Shown: piece after piece, positions 1 through 12,815 of the stretch
Numbering within the stretch: the first letter of the stretch is position 1
Layout: every line of letters starts with the position of its first letter
NCBI GenBank assembly: GCA_030390025.1
Contig: CM059438.1
Span: forward strand, 74,524,001-74,588,000
Length of the DNA stretch: 64,000 nucleotides
Origin: Squalus acanthias
Lineage: Eukaryota
Direction of reading: 5' to 3'
Notes under the pieces: generated by a model
What the model saw: only the letters and a program-made list of their open reading frames with translations
What the model was told of the DNA's origin: nothing
Database searches by the model: none
Translations under genes and position numbers: made by a program

Positions 1-35
1 AGCCGTGCCTTGAAAAATTGTAACTTTTCTCTTAC

Positions 36-400
36 AGGAACAGAGAAGGTTAAAGTAGGATTTAATAGAGGTTATGAAAGGCGATGAGCGAGTAAGCAGT
101 GAAAGATAGGTTGTCAAATTGGTAGTAAGGATTATCACTGCAAGAATGAAGGGGGAAAGTTAGAAGAAACTTTCCCCACACAATTAAAAATGGAATATTT
201 CATGACAAGTTGCAATTGAACCAGTAACTAACATAATTGAAAAGGGAATTGGTTAGGTATTGGAAAAGGAAGAATATACAAGGATACAGGGGAAAAAAGC
301 AGGGAATTGAGATCAGAGTAGAGAGCTTCAGTTGAAGAGCTAGTGCCAACAGGCATGATGGGCTGAATGGCCTCCTTCTTTGCTGCAATTCTGTGATCTT
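36..400 (+). mobile_element. Decayed CR1-type LINE 3' end
   Basis: Degenerate match to the CR1 tail seen elsewhere in the window (aaaagggaattgg..ttggaaaagga..ggatacaggg; gcatgatgggctgaatggcctccttct..tctgtgatcttatga). Confidence 0.6.
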
Positions 401-1874
401 ATGAAATTTTTTAAAAATCTCCTGAAGTAGGTCTTTTCATGTACTTTGAAATGTAATTTAAATTGGTCCTTTTATGTTAATTACACAAGCCAGCTCCTTC
501 TAAAGGCTTCTCTTCCAATTAAAATCTGAACCTATAAAAGTACAAGAACACAATTCAGTTACCAAAAATAATCTAATCTAATCGGAAATGAATTAAATTT
601 AAAAAAAATTAACATAGCAGGCATGAACCTGTGAGGTAGCGAGCAGGCAGGAAGCTGTGTTAACAGTTCAATAAACCCGACAGCATCCCAGTAATGTGTG
701 CCCATTGGAGCCTTGACACTGTCAAACAGCTGAAAAAAGTAATGAGGATGAATCTGAGAAATATGACACTTTACATTTCTTAAGAATATTCACTAAAATA
801 ATCTAGACAGTGGCAAACGCCTCCTCTCAGTCAAAGAGAGCAAGACTGAGAAAAGTCCAATCGTTTGAGATCAGTCATTATAGCCATTGAAGTTTTCTTC
901 CTGAGGTGGCTGGAGAAATCAGTACAACATGAACCGTCGAGCATGAGCCAAACTGCACAGAAAGATTAGCAATCACAACTGGCTGCTCCCCAGAGAATGG
1001 AGAGTCATGTCCAACAATTTATTGCTGGTGAGAAGATAAGTGTGTAAACAACTGTGTTCATTATTCAAAATCTACAATTGCATTTTCCTTCCCCACCCCA
1101 AAAATTCTCCTTTGATCTGGTGAAAGTGCAGATTCATTTGGGGTGGGAATCAACAGCACTCCATGGGCTCCAACAAGAAACTAGTACCTTGCTCAACTGG
1201 CCATTCATCCCATGGAGGCCATTACAGTTTTGGGTTCTTTTGCATGTTTCTCTCACTCGGCAGCCTGACAGTTACAAACAGAGGCCATTCCGAACAAAGT
1301 GACATCTTCCTCTTTCTGCCCCTGCAAAATGCATGGACCAAGGAGATTGACAATTATCCCAGTCACACTGCAGCTACTGGATGAAGCCTTACCTCATACT
1401 AAGCTTCCAGACTCACTTGGGAATAGAAAAAAAAAGTAGTTACCCAAGGGCCAGAGACTCAGTTATTTGCAAAATCAGGAAGTATTATAAAATACAGTAA
1501 ATTGGACAAAGTACAAGATAGCGAAGATTCATAACACAGTTCATCACAGCTTTCACCAGCAGTGGGAATAGTTTCTTGGAATGAGAGTGTTGTTTTTAAG
1601 CATGAGCACAATAAACAACAACATTCCACATGTCTCAGGATGTTGTCATGAGTCATGTCCCTCAAGTAAGGTTTTAAAATCGAGGCAGCCGGTGTTCTCT
1701 GTGGACGCCCTTAGTGGGGAAACCCTAAGCTCTGTGCATTACATCAAAGATCCTTAAATAATGGACAACTGTCCAAACCATTTCTGGCATTGGCAAAAAA
1801 ACCAAACATACTTTCCTCACCAACTTTATGCAATTTAAAAAAAGAGGCTTTCAGTCCTAAACATTCAGTGCGTG

Positions 1875-2116
1875 TTTTTTTTATTCGTTCCTGAGATGTG
1901 GGCATCGCTGGCAAGGCCAGCGTTTATTGCCCATCCCTAATTGCCCTTGAGAAGGTGGTGGTGAGCCGCCTTCTTGAACCGCTGCAGTCCGTGTGGTGAA
2001 GGTACTGCCACAGCGCTGTTAGGGAGGGAGTTCCAGGATTTTGACCCCGCGACAGTAAAGAAACGGACGATATACTTCCAAGTCAGGATGGTGTGTGATT
2101 TGGAGGGGAACTTGCA
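1875..2116 (-). mobile_element. LINE (CR1/L2 group) 3' end with A tail
   Basis: Minus strand reads ..SKSWNSLPNSAVAVPSPHGLQRFKKAAHHHLLKGN* (WNSLP..FK C-terminal ORF2 motif), then a short 3'UTR and A-run. Confidence 0.65.
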
Positions 2117-2477
2117 TTTTTCCCCCCACTTTACTGTTGTGTTTATGTTGCTTCCACGCAGACATCATGACCCTGAATTTCCTGAACCACATGCAGAAAT
2201 TATGCTGAAATTTACAGTTCCTGCACAGATCTGGCTGACTGGAACTTACGCTGAAATTTCCTGTGGCGCTCACTTGCCCGTGCCGGAACGTAAAAACCAG
2301 CTTAAAACAACCGCAAATGCAGCGCCAGCATTAGGAGTAATAGTGAGTGGGCTACCGTCTTCTGTCATGGCGTCTCACTGTCTGAGCCTCTTGCGGCTGC
2401 TGCTCCTTTTGTATTACTATGCAGAACAAAGGCATGTCCATTGAGAAGGCCATTCCAGGGACTTGCATATTAGCTCG

Positions 2478-3041
2478 TATTTACAGCACAGAAACAAGCC
2501 AGTCAGTTCAACAGGTCCATGCCAGTGTTTATGCTCCACATGAGCCTCCTCCCACTTCTCTTCATCAACATATCCTTCTATTCCTTTCTCCCTCATGTGC
2601 TTATCTAGCTTCCCCATGAATGCATTTGCGCTATTCACCTCAACTACTCCCTGTGGTATCGAGTTCCACATTCTAACCACTCTGGGTAAAGCGGTTCCTC
2701 CTGAATTCCCCATTGGATTGATTAGCGACGATCTTATATTTATGGCCCCTAGTTCTGGTCTCTCCCGCAAGTGGAAACATCTTCTCTATGTTTACCCTAA
2801 CAAATCCTTTCATAATCTTGAAGACCTCCATCAGGTCACCCCTCAGTCTTCTTTTCTAGAGAAAATAGCCCCAGCTTGTTCAATCTTTCCTGATGGGTAT
2901 AAACTCTCAGTTCTGGCGTCATTCTAGTAAAAAATGTTTGCACCTTCAGTGCCTTTATATCCTTTTTATAATATGGAGACCAGAACTGTTCACAGTAATC
3001 CAAGTGTGGTCGACCCAAGGTTCTACACAAGTTTAACATAA
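2478..3041 (-). mobile_element. CR1 LINE, 5'-truncated ORF2 C-terminus plus tail
   Basis: ORFs 2836-3039 (RPHLDYCEQFWSPYYKKDI..ERLNKLGLFSLEK) and 2417-2770 (RVVRMWNSIPQGVVE..FMGKLDKHM). Confidence 0.85.
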
Positions 3042-6000
3042 CTGGGAGGTTGAGGATCCAAGGCGTACCAAGACGGATAGTACTTGGTCAAGAATAATGC
3101 AGGTCTCAGGAAGAAAAATGCGAAACAAAAATCTCAGTTACGTCGCTATCAGGTGACTCTGGGCTGTGCTAGGCCTAAATTTTGGGGCATAAATCTACAC
3201 CAGCACATCATCTGCGTAAATCCACAGATCTCACGTTTGCTATTGTTTCGCATAGGGGTGGAGCTATGTAAATGAGCGGCAGAGGGTTTCGGAGGGCATG
3301 TATCGGTAGTGCGCAAGCAATTGAAGAAGAATGCCCCGTGAGAGCTTAGTGCTGGTCCAGCTTCAGGAGAATTGCTTGTTCCAGGGGAATGTTCACATGT
3401 GCTGTTTCAAGTTTATTTTTTATTTTTAAAAGGACAAAAAGCTTTTTGTTTTGTGCAAACACGAAAGACAGAAACATATTTGTGCACATTGCATCTTGGC
3501 AGGATACCTCCTTCAAGCTCAAGTCTCTCTCAAGTCCACAAGCTTCAATTTTAATGTAACTTTATCCTCGAGATGCCGTTTGTGTCTTGAACATGGCCCC
3601 TTAGCTTTGGCAAAACTGAATATATCTTGAACAAACTTTAATTACATGAAGTGCGAAGGCTCTGGGAAGTTGATGAGGGCTTTTGATTGAAAAAGTTAGG
3701 AGCCCAAATTAGTTATCAACACTCTTCACCCTACACAGTCTATGTAAAATGCTCATTTATAAACTCAATATAATTGTCATCCGGTACCCAGCCCTCTCCT
3801 TTCATTTAATCTCTTTACAGCATATAAATAGTTGAGGAACATAAACCGCGGCTTGTTTATTGACTCTGGCACAAGAAGAAATTCTCTGCATTAATTACCA
3901 ACGATTAGACACAACAGTACAAGAGCAGTGACAAACTCCTGCACCGCATGCAGCTCCCCTCAGAACAGGACGTTCTGCTCTACGAACAGATCTCCACCCT
4001 CCCTTAAGCTGCAGGGTACCCATTCACATCTGCCTTGTTCCAGCTGCACAGCGAGGAGTTCTTGGTTTTACGCTGCAGCTGGTTCCAATTCCAGCGCTAC
4101 AGCTCTGCCAGGATGTCCTCACTGGACGTCGTGACTTCTCCCCATTTACATCGCCCTTGCTTCAGCAGGGAGCCCATTGCAGCACATTTTGTTGCTGCAG
4201 TGGACACATGGGGAATTTTATCCCCCCCTTCTTCAGATTCCCCCACCATGTTTGCTAGACAAATGCCAGAGAGAGATCAAAAAGCCCATGACATTTTTAG
4301 AAAAAAAGTTACATAAAACACACAGTATTGGAAAAATAGTCCAACAACACGAGCTGTCAAAATCAACAGGAACACTAGTTGTGGGAAAAATATCTAAAAC
4401 CTGAATAATGAAACAAACATCAATTATATCAGACAACTCAGCGGGATGGCAGCTTAATCTCCCCGGGTCACTTATACTTATTATCCCCCAATTGGCAATT
4501 TGGGTAGGAACTCGAACTACGCAGCAATGTGCTTTTCCCGTCACATTTATTTATTGGAAACTAGACTAGGTTAAAAAATGAAAAAGTAATACAAGACCAT
4601 TGGCTCCATCAAGCATATTCCTTCCATGGAGCATGACAATCCACTCCATCATAGGCCCTGCACAAAATTACAAGTAAGGTGGAGAAGATTGGCTCAATTT
4701 GCCAAAAGAGACAGATTTTTCAGCAATAAGTGGGAAATGCTACACCTTCCTCAATAGACCTAGATCCCTCTAGCTTTACCATATTACATTATGTCAGACT
4801 CTTCAAGATAACATAAATGTAATGGGCAGGGCCTGCTGCAGTTTAGTCCATTAAGAACATTATCTGGGTTTTTAAAGCTTCAATATGCTTTGCAGTTTCC
4901 TGAAATGAGGTACCAAAGCTAGACAAAAAAAATGCTCAATAAACACTAGTTATCATCAATGGACCGGTTGCAGCAAAGTGGGCAGGTTTAGAGCAGATTC
5001 AGCATCTGTGTATTGTCGTGGCGATTGTCAAGTGTTCTCACTCAGCATGTCCCAGAATTGCTCCAGTGCAAATCTTTAATAGGGTTTTCGCACTTGATTT
5101 ACAAGAAACAGATGGGATAAACATTGAAGCATTTAATTGGGACCACTTGGATGCAAGAACTGCTGCGAAGACATTGTTTTGTTAGCAGTTGAGCCAATGC
5201 GCACTCCTCTCTGTACAAATGTGGTACGTGTCATGACCCTCTGAAGAGATACTGCCACCACCGTAAAGGGAACATTCTCTCCAGAACTAATTAGCCTCTA
5301 TTTATTCTACATAAGCTAGTGAACAAAAAGCCAGAGGCTCGCCTCGGGAGTGTTCCCACTACCAACTTAATTAAGCTGCTCCTACAAGGGTTAGGCTGGC
5401 CACGCTGGACCTCTTCTTTTGCTTTTTTTGGCAAACCAATGGAATGCAGGAAGTCATTAGGAAAGAACAACAGTGAAAAGATCACATTCAAGTACAAGGC
5501 CAGTCAGCTTTGGGATTCTGGATCTTTTAACGCTCGACTTCAAATGGCTGATGGAAAGACATGGCCTGCAAACAACTGAACCAAAAATGTGCACACATGG
5601 AGGAAGTAGTCCATTTTATTAATAGATGAAAAACGAGAAGGCCATAAACTGATGTGTAGAAGCACAGCATTCACGTTAGTACGATCCATTAGTCCTGCAG
5701 GAGCACTTTCTTCTGTGACTGAGCTACCAGTTGCATCATTAGCATTCAAGTGTTTAACAGGAGACTTTGGAGCCAAAGATTAACCTGGTCTTGTGCATGG
5801 AACTTTATAAGTGAAAAAAATAAATCTCAGGAGATGTTTAGTGATGAGAACAGTGCAGAAAATGGGGATTGCTACTGAGGGAACTCACTTCCGGGGGCTG
5901 GGGGTGGGGGGGGGGGGGGTGCCGAGTGAACCCACTCCCTTAAACTGGACAACTCTTACTTACTGACATCCATCACCAGTTCAGAAGATGCAATGCAACT

Positions 6001-6514
6001 TCAAAAATCAACATAAGTTATGCTCACAGGTGCAGGATAAAAAGCAAATGTGGGCACGCTCTTTGAATTCCCATATCCAGGGAAAGATTTGGTTCCATAA
6101 TATTTTTGCCTTTTAAAATTCTGCTCATTTAAAAGCGATAGGAAATAAAGCGAATGCTAAACATAAATGTGTTTCTTTGTTCATATATCAACGAGTAGCT
6201 AAATCCCCATCATTGGAGAAATTAGGTTCAATCTGTCTGCACAGATGGTTATGCTTCTGATCAAAATAACGAATCACAGAACGACTGGACAGTTTCAGCA
6301 GGACATGCAAACTGAAGGTGTGTTACAGCTCACTGTTTACTCCCTTGGTGCAAAGCAGTTATGCGGTTTCTAAATAAACCAATAAGGAGACACTGGGTTG
6401 CCCTGGTGTCATCAAACAAAAACCAAACAAGTTATGGGATGCCAGGACCATCTTAAAGTACCAACGTGCAACAGAGACAGAATATTCTGAAAGCGCGCCT
6501 GGCTGAGAATGGAG

Positions 6515-6705
6515 CGGTGTGGCGGGTCAGCACACTACTCTTTTACCTCTGGTTCAAATGCAGTCTAAATTCATGGGATGGAAGTTTACATTTTCTGAGG
6601 GAGGTTTAAACATTAGGTGGAGCACTTTTACCGGAGCTCACAGCAAACCAAAATGGCTGTAATCTAGCACTAAATTGACAAAGTCACACAACAAGAGCCA
6701 AAAAA
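6515..6705 (+). mobile_element. Very decayed tRNA-derived SINE, possibly LF-SINE-related
   Basis: ttttacctct-ggttcaaatgcag (B-box-like) and ctagcactaaattgaca resemble recalled LF-SINE segments; weak. Confidence 0.3.
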
Positions 6706-6976
6706 CGGGCGTTGTGATTAATCTAATAACTCAGTGGTGCGATGTGTGCATGCCCAAGCGTGGTGGGGGGAGGAGGTGGAAGAGAGGGTGTGGAAACAAG
6801 TTTGCTGTGGGAGCTTCACTCTGCCTTGTGCTCGAGGGCGAGACCAGAAGCCAAACTTGCAAAACTCTTCCCTTCCCCAACACCAAGATCTTTCACACAC
6901 TAAACAACAAATATCATACGCAATATTAAGCTTCCTAGCTTGAAGAACAAAACTAAAAAAGTGTACCCATTGATTT

Positions 6977-7130
6977 ATACATAAGAACATATGAATTAGG
7001 AGGAGTAGGCCTGCTCTGCCATTCAATAAGATCATGGCTGATCTGATTACTCCACATTCCCGCCTACTCCCGATAACCTTTCACCCCCTTGCTCATCAAG
7101 AATCTATCTACCTCTGCCTTAAAAATATTT
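6977..7130 (-). mobile_element. CR1/HE1-type 3' tail fragment
   Basis: cataagaacatatgaattaggaggagtaggcc..gccattcaataagatcatggctgatct matches the reverse complement of CR1 tails in the window. Confidence 0.75.
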
Positions 7131-8182
7131 ATGCCTTTCTCCAGTTAAAAGGTATACATCAGATTGCCCAGTGGAACTAGTAATTTAAACACTCCAAAAG
7201 CCCCCATCTTAAACTTACATTTTCTAGCTTGAAAATTAGGAGCGTTTGCAAGAGAACACCAGAGATTGAAGCCAGAGAGAAACTAAATTGCTTTTCTACG
7301 TGTACATTCAAGTCAGTCACTCTCCAAACCACTAATCCTAATTTTGAGTTATGTGACGGATTGATCAACAAGAGCACCATGTCCAATATCACATTTAAAA
7401 ATGTTGTTTTCCCAACACTGCCCTGGAACAATCCTACAGGCAATTTATTAAAAGCACACATCACCTTTCAGATTTCCAAAAAAATGAGGGGGAGGGAAGG
7501 GGGGGGTGGGGGGGGGGAAGATATCAAAACAGAGACACCTAGAGATTCAATTAAATAACGTTACATAAAATAAGTTGTTTTACAGGTTTGAATCAAGTGA
7601 CAATGGTTTGCTTCATCACAGCAACCCATAGTTCTGGTCATTCACCCGATACATTGGAGCAACGTGCCCAAGCAGAGAAGCCCTGTATCGAAGTTTAATT
7701 GACTGGAATGGAATCCATGATCACTTTGCCACAGGCAGCAATCAATGTACTGCCCTTCAGCTCTGCGCACACAGAACTCGCATATTACCATTCGCCATCC
7801 ATCCAAATCTAGGGCACGCAGAACAAAGACAGCAAAATTCACTGACAGGCTCCAGATACTGCACAGAGTTCCGGTCTTGGGAGACCTGGATCGATGCTGT
7901 TGCAATTCATTTAACTTTCAACAGCTGTCAGAGAGAGAGTGTGTGATCTGCTTACTCTTTGGCAAGTGGCAAAAGCACAACCATCAGCAGCTCTCCTCTT
8001 CACGTTTTCTTAATGAAAGGGGTGCAGTACGAACCACAGTCCTCTTTCCAGAGGGAGAAGCGAACATCCAAAGAAGCAAACCTCAGTTCACATTCAAAAT
8101 GATGTTGGCAAAGCACAAAAACAGTTCTTCCCACCAAAGTCAACCACATTGTTTTAAGTTGTTTATTGTTAACTCAGTTTCC

Positions 8183-8210
8183 AATAATAATAATAATAAT
8201 AATAAATAAT
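8183..8210. repeat. (AAT)n microsatellite
   Basis: Direct reading: aataataataataataataataaataat. Confidence 0.9.
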
Positions 8211-8247
8211 TAATCAGTTAAACAACTAACTAGTTGAACACGATTGC

Positions 8248-8785
8248 TCACAACTTTGGCGTCCTATTCGACCCCTAACTGAGCTTCTGACCCCACAGTC
8301 TCACCATTACAAAGACCATCTATATCCATCTCCAACATCACCCACCTCCACCCCTACCCCTACCACTGCCCATCTGCAGTTGAAACCTTCATCCATGCCT
8401 TTGTTATCTCCAGACTGGACTATCCAATGCTCTCCCAGCTAGCCTCCCATCCTCCATAAACTTCAGTTCATCCAAACCTCTGCTGCACATATCCTATCCC
8501 GGAAGTCCCACTCACCTATTAACCCCGATCTCTGCGTTCCACCAACTCTGGCCTTTTGTGCAATGCCCACCCCGCCCCTACCCTTGGCCCTGCTATTGGT
8601 GGCCGTGCGTTCAGCCATCTTGGCCCCATATTCTGGAAATCCCAAGGTTCCTCCCAATTCTCCATATCCCTCTCCTCCTTTAAGACCCTCCTTAAATTCC
8701 ACCTCTTTGATCATGCTTTTAGTCACCCCTCGTAATATCTCCTTCTTTGGGTCAATGTCTAATAATGCTTTAGACGATTGTTGAG
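8248..8785 (+). mobile_element. Decayed L2 LINE 3' region
   Basis: gaaaccttcatccatgcctttgttatctccagactggactat (LIHAFV.SRLDY motif), attggtggccgtgcgttcagc (IGGRAFS); same family as 33611-34030. Confidence 0.7.
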
Positions 8786-9954
8786 CAGGCGGGGAAAAGA
8801 GAGAGAGAGAAGGCAACTAAAGAAAGCAAAGATTGGCGAGACGTTTTTGGCCTACACCTCGTCTGAAATTCACTAGCAGGAGTCTTGTACACCCTATAAT
8901 CAAAGGGATGAAAAGTTTGTTGGACTATCTATATCCATCATTTTATACTCTGTTTAAAAATTTACATTTTTCATGTGCTTGCTGAATTATAGCAGTAAGG
9001 TGCATTTAGTATTAAGTTTCGATACTCAGAAGTCCTAGACTATGAATCTAATAATTGAGTATTAACAAGCATTTATATAGAGTGACTGTAACATAGAAAG
9101 ATGGTACAAGGCATGTCACAGAGGCGTAATCAGACAAAGATGGATGCTCAGACAAAGGCTCATCCTCCTCCGCCTCCATCACTGTGTACCAGCATGTGTA
9201 CCAACCTTCATATGCATCATTATGAGCCTTTCTGTGCTTAACTATTTAACTGAACGTTAAACATGGGTTTATTCCTTGCTCAGTGACCTGCATCTGCTAC
9301 AAGCAGTCCAGAGGCTGCAGCAACTCAATTAATTTATAGCCTAACTCCCTCAGCTTTGATTCCTAGCACTGCGACGGATACTGAATATTTTATTAACTAA
9401 AATGCTTCATGCTGTGTTGGCCGTTTTTCCCAACATTAACATTTAGCGCAGTGGCAAAACCATTCTTGTCATTTTAGCAAGTGCCTTTTTGATAGACGAC
9501 ATAAACTTGCGCGGCCAAAGAGAGGGAATGCAATACTTAGCCGATGATGCAAAGAGCTGTTTGTAAAAGTTTCTGATCATTCCATGTTACCACAAGGTTC
9601 AACATTAAAGAGACTGACTGATTGTATTCACAGAATAGAATTTCAACCGCAGCTAAAAGCCATTACCCAAACAGAGGCTACTTCAAATCAATATATAAAA
9701 CAAAGTATACACTGACCTCAAAATTATTGTCGGAATCAGGCAATTCACATCAGGCATTTACAGCAGCCTAAAGTAAACCTCACACTGATCAGCTGCAGTC
9801 AATTCCACGGACAGGTGGCAGAAATGGTATCTACTTGGCTTAAATAGGTCTACACAGTTTATACATGTCCCGAAATGTTATGATTAAGCTATAAATAGGC
9901 AACACGTCTGAAGTGCAAATAAGTATTAACAGTATATATAAAACGAAGAGCAAT

Positions 9955-10765
9955 TCCTCCTGATAGCACAGTTCATGAATTCACTACATGGTGTAGTACC
10001 AGACTATATAGACTATTAATGTCCCAAGAATGATGACTGGTGTTTGCATAGATAGCCAATCCCAGCCATGTCGTGTTGGACTGGTCCCGGAGGTTGGAGT
10101 GGAAATTGTGTGCAGTTTTGGTCTCCTTACTTAAGAAAGGATATACTTACCATAGAGGGAGTGCAGCGAAGGTTCACCAGACTGATTCCTGGGATGGCAG
10201 GACTGTCGTATGAGGAGAGATTGGGTCAAATAGTCCTGTATTCACTAGAGTTTAGATGAATGAGAGGGGATCTCATTGAAACGTATAAAATTCTGACAGG
10301 GCTAGACAGACTGGATGCAGGGAGGATGTTTCCCCTGGCTGGGGGGGTCTAGAACGAGGAGGAGTCACAGTCTCAGGATACGGGGTAGGACATTTAGGAC
10401 TGAGATGAGGAGAAATTTCTTCACTCAGGGTGGTGAACCTGTGGAATTCTCTACCACAGAAGGCTGTGGAGGCCAAGTCACTGAATATATTTAAGAAGGA
10501 GATAGATAGATTTCTAGACACAAAAGGCATCAAGGGATATGGGGAGAGAGCGGGAATATGGTATTGAGCTAGAGGATCAGCCATGGTCATATTGAATGGC
10601 CTACGCCTGCTCCTATTTTTCTATGTTTCTATATTTCTAAATAAGCCGCCAAGGCTTCCACTCCTGATCGCTACCCAGTGATCCCTGCTGAAAAATTAGC
10701 GTGTGTATAGGATCAGGTTTAAGTACTAAATCTAACAGCTTGCACTTACTCGAGGGTCACATGCA
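9955..10765 (+). mobile_element. Old unclassified SINE remnant split by the CR1 at 10105-10637
   Basis: Segments either side of the CR1 (..gatagccaatcccagcc.. / ..ccactcctgatcgctacccagtgatccctgctg..) resemble the repeat at 31170-31545, 32100-32220 and 54870-55265. Confidence 0.35.
10105..10637 (+). mobile_element. CR1 LINE 3' fragment
   Basis: CVQFWSPYLRKDILTIEGVQRRFTRLIPGMAGLSYEERL; tail gaatggcctacgcctgctcctattttctatgtttcta. Confidence 0.9.
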
Positions 10766-10840
10766 ATCAGCACCCCACCTTCAAGAGAGCAGAGAAAATG
10801 GTGATTTGTAATAACAAAATGAAGTGGAGAGCAGACTTAC

Positions 10841-11008
10841 CATTGTTAAGATGGCGCACACAATCCTGAAACACAGCATGCCACTTCTGCTGTTCTTTCT
10901 CGGATATAACACAGAAGTAATAATGACGTCCGTACGGGTGCCGTAAGATGGTGCGATACTCCGTTGGCCATTTCAGGAATGGGGAGCTGCTCGCCTTTCC
11001 CTTGATTC
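10841..11008 (-). CDS. NIBAN2: NIBAN2 (FAM129B) coding exon 5 (PH domain end), 168 nt, phase 1-1
   Basis: ttttcatAG|GAATCAAG..AACAATG|GTAAGT; translates (G)IKGKASSSPFLKWPTEYRTILRHPYGRHYYFCVISEKEQQKWHAVFQDCVRHLNN(G), matching recalled human NIBAN2 ..LKCPTQFPLILWHPYARHYYFC..WQAVLQDCIRHCNNG. Confidence 0.95.
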
Positions 11009-12025
11009 CTATGAAAAAGAAAAATGGTTCTATTTTACTGCACTCATTTCTCATTTTGCCCTAAATGTTTCCAAGGTTGAGATGCCTTTTTTTTTTTAAA
11101 CACTTCTCTTCGTGCCCCTTTTTATGGGTTGTCATCCCACATTCTGCACCATCATAGCTAATAGGACAGCCAAGCAACCTAGCTCTGAAGTGTAGAGTAC
11201 AGGGTGCACAGGAGCATTTGGAAGTGAACTCATTGCAATTTTCCTTCATTCGTGCAGGAAAAGCATCTTTGCTTCTGCTCAGCTTCCCAATGGCAAGGGC
11301 AGAGTTGAAGGCTGCATGCGCAAAGGATTACAAGTGCAAAACCTGCGTCCTTCTCGAATATGGTGGAATAAAGTGATAACGGAGCTTCACCCAACTCTCC
11401 AATTGCGTAGAGTGCTGTGAACCTGCAGTATTGAAGCCTAATACAAAATATGAGGCACGGATCACGGAAATCTAATCCTTTCACAGACTGACTCTTTCAA
11501 AAGGAAAGTAAAGCTTAAAAAACAGCCCCAGCCAGGCAGAACCAAACAATCTCTGGCTGAGAACTTGGCATTTTAGAACAATATTTCAGCCAGTTGTACT
11601 CTATTTAGTCACCCAATCAAACATTGCGCACCTACCACCCCTATACACAGTATGCTGTGGTTCTATTCTACTGCCATTACTACGCCCCAAAACTTTATTT
11701 TCTTCATCTTTTCCCTGAACTGCACCATTCTGGAGAGCAGGTAAGTGACAAAGCAACCAGTGTCCACACTGCCAAAGGCAGATTGTCATTCAATTACCTC
11801 GAGACAGCAAAATGCTCACCAAAAGCTAGTTGAAGTAAATTAGCCAAATGGTCTTTTCCAGTTTCATTCTTAGGTTATACGACTACCTGGGTACATTTGC
11901 CTGATTAAAATGCTATTGCAAGAGGTCCGATAAGAACCCACCTTATGTTTAGTGCATCAACCCAAATGGTCTGAAGTTAAAATTATATTTTGGACAGTCT
12001 GAAATGTTTAATTGGAAAAATTAAC

Positions 12026-12452
12026 AATTTAGATTTTTACAACTGTCCATTAAAAATGCAGGACTCCTGAAATTTCATGCTAAATATCAAAAGGAGGAAA
12101 AATGTTCAACCGCTTATTTTAACTGCAAGACACTACAGCTTTATAAAGCTTTTCATCCTTCCAAACACCTTCCAAACAAAGTAACCTTCCCAGCAGCAAT
12201 GTTCACCTCAGTTCTTTGACAAAGGAGCTAACAAGAGCTTAAGTGCATATAAGACGACGAATACCCCAATGAAAAACAAACCAAGCATTCCAGGTTTGAG
12301 AAGACAGGTAGGAGGGAAGAATTTAGATTTTACAACTGTCAATTAAAAGTGTACGAATCCTGAAATTTCATGCTAAATATCAAAAAAGGAAAATGTTCAA
12401 CCGCCTATTTTAACTGCAGGACACTACACCTTTATAAAACTTTTCATCCTTC
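12026..12452. repeat. Local direct duplication (~135 bp; 12026-12161 and 12320-12452)
   Basis: aatttagatttt(t)acaactgtc..cctgaaatttcatgctaaatatcaaaa..aatgttcaaccgc.tattttaactgca.gacactaca..ttttcatccttc occurs twice with scattered mismatches. Confidence 0.9.
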
Positions 12453-12474
12453 TGCTCCTACAACCTCTGCCCCT

Positions 12475-12815
12475 ATTTTTTTTCCACATGGCAGCTGTTG
12501 ATTCTGCAATTCCCATTTGCACCTCATCTAGACTCATCTTTTGTTTAATTTGTCCCATCGTCATCTCATTTTGCCTTGCACCATCATCCCTTTTGTCTTT
12601 TAATCTCTCCTGCCTTCCATCTGATCACAGACCTTCCCTTTTGTTCTTTCCTCCTATTCCCCCCTTTCCCTGCCCCTACACTTGCTTAAAAATCTGTTAC
12701 ATCTCTAACTTTTTCCAGTTCTGACGAAGGATCATCGACCTGAAACGTTAACTCTGTTTCTCTCTCCACAGCTGCTGCCTGAGTATTTCCAGCATTTTCT
12801 GTTTTTATTTTAGAT
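12475..12815 (+). mobile_element. Penelope-like element 3' region (pLTR), family A
   Basis: Homologous to 62225-62516 and to the segment downstream of the GIY-YIG remnant at 55930-56350; contains hammerhead motif. Confidence 0.8.
12717..12753 (+). ncRNA. Minimal type I hammerhead ribozyme motif
   Basis: AGTT-CTGACGA-AGGatcatcgaCCT-GAAA-CGTT-AACT: stem I AGTT/AACT, core CUGANGA and GAAA, palindromic AACGTT, GUU cleavage triplet. Confidence 0.7.

Noticed and set aside
7642-8209. Overlapping ORFs of 87 and 154 aa
   Set aside because: No recognisable domain or splice context; one ends in an (AAT)n microsatellite
1-10840. NIBAN2 exon 6 (expected ..AFTDAIRMYRQ..GTWEMLCG..)
   Set aside because: No such translation seen; presumably lies left of the window
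12026-12452. CRISPR-like array or prokaryotic system
   Set aside because: Only two long diverged copies, vertebrate intron context, no cas-like ORFs
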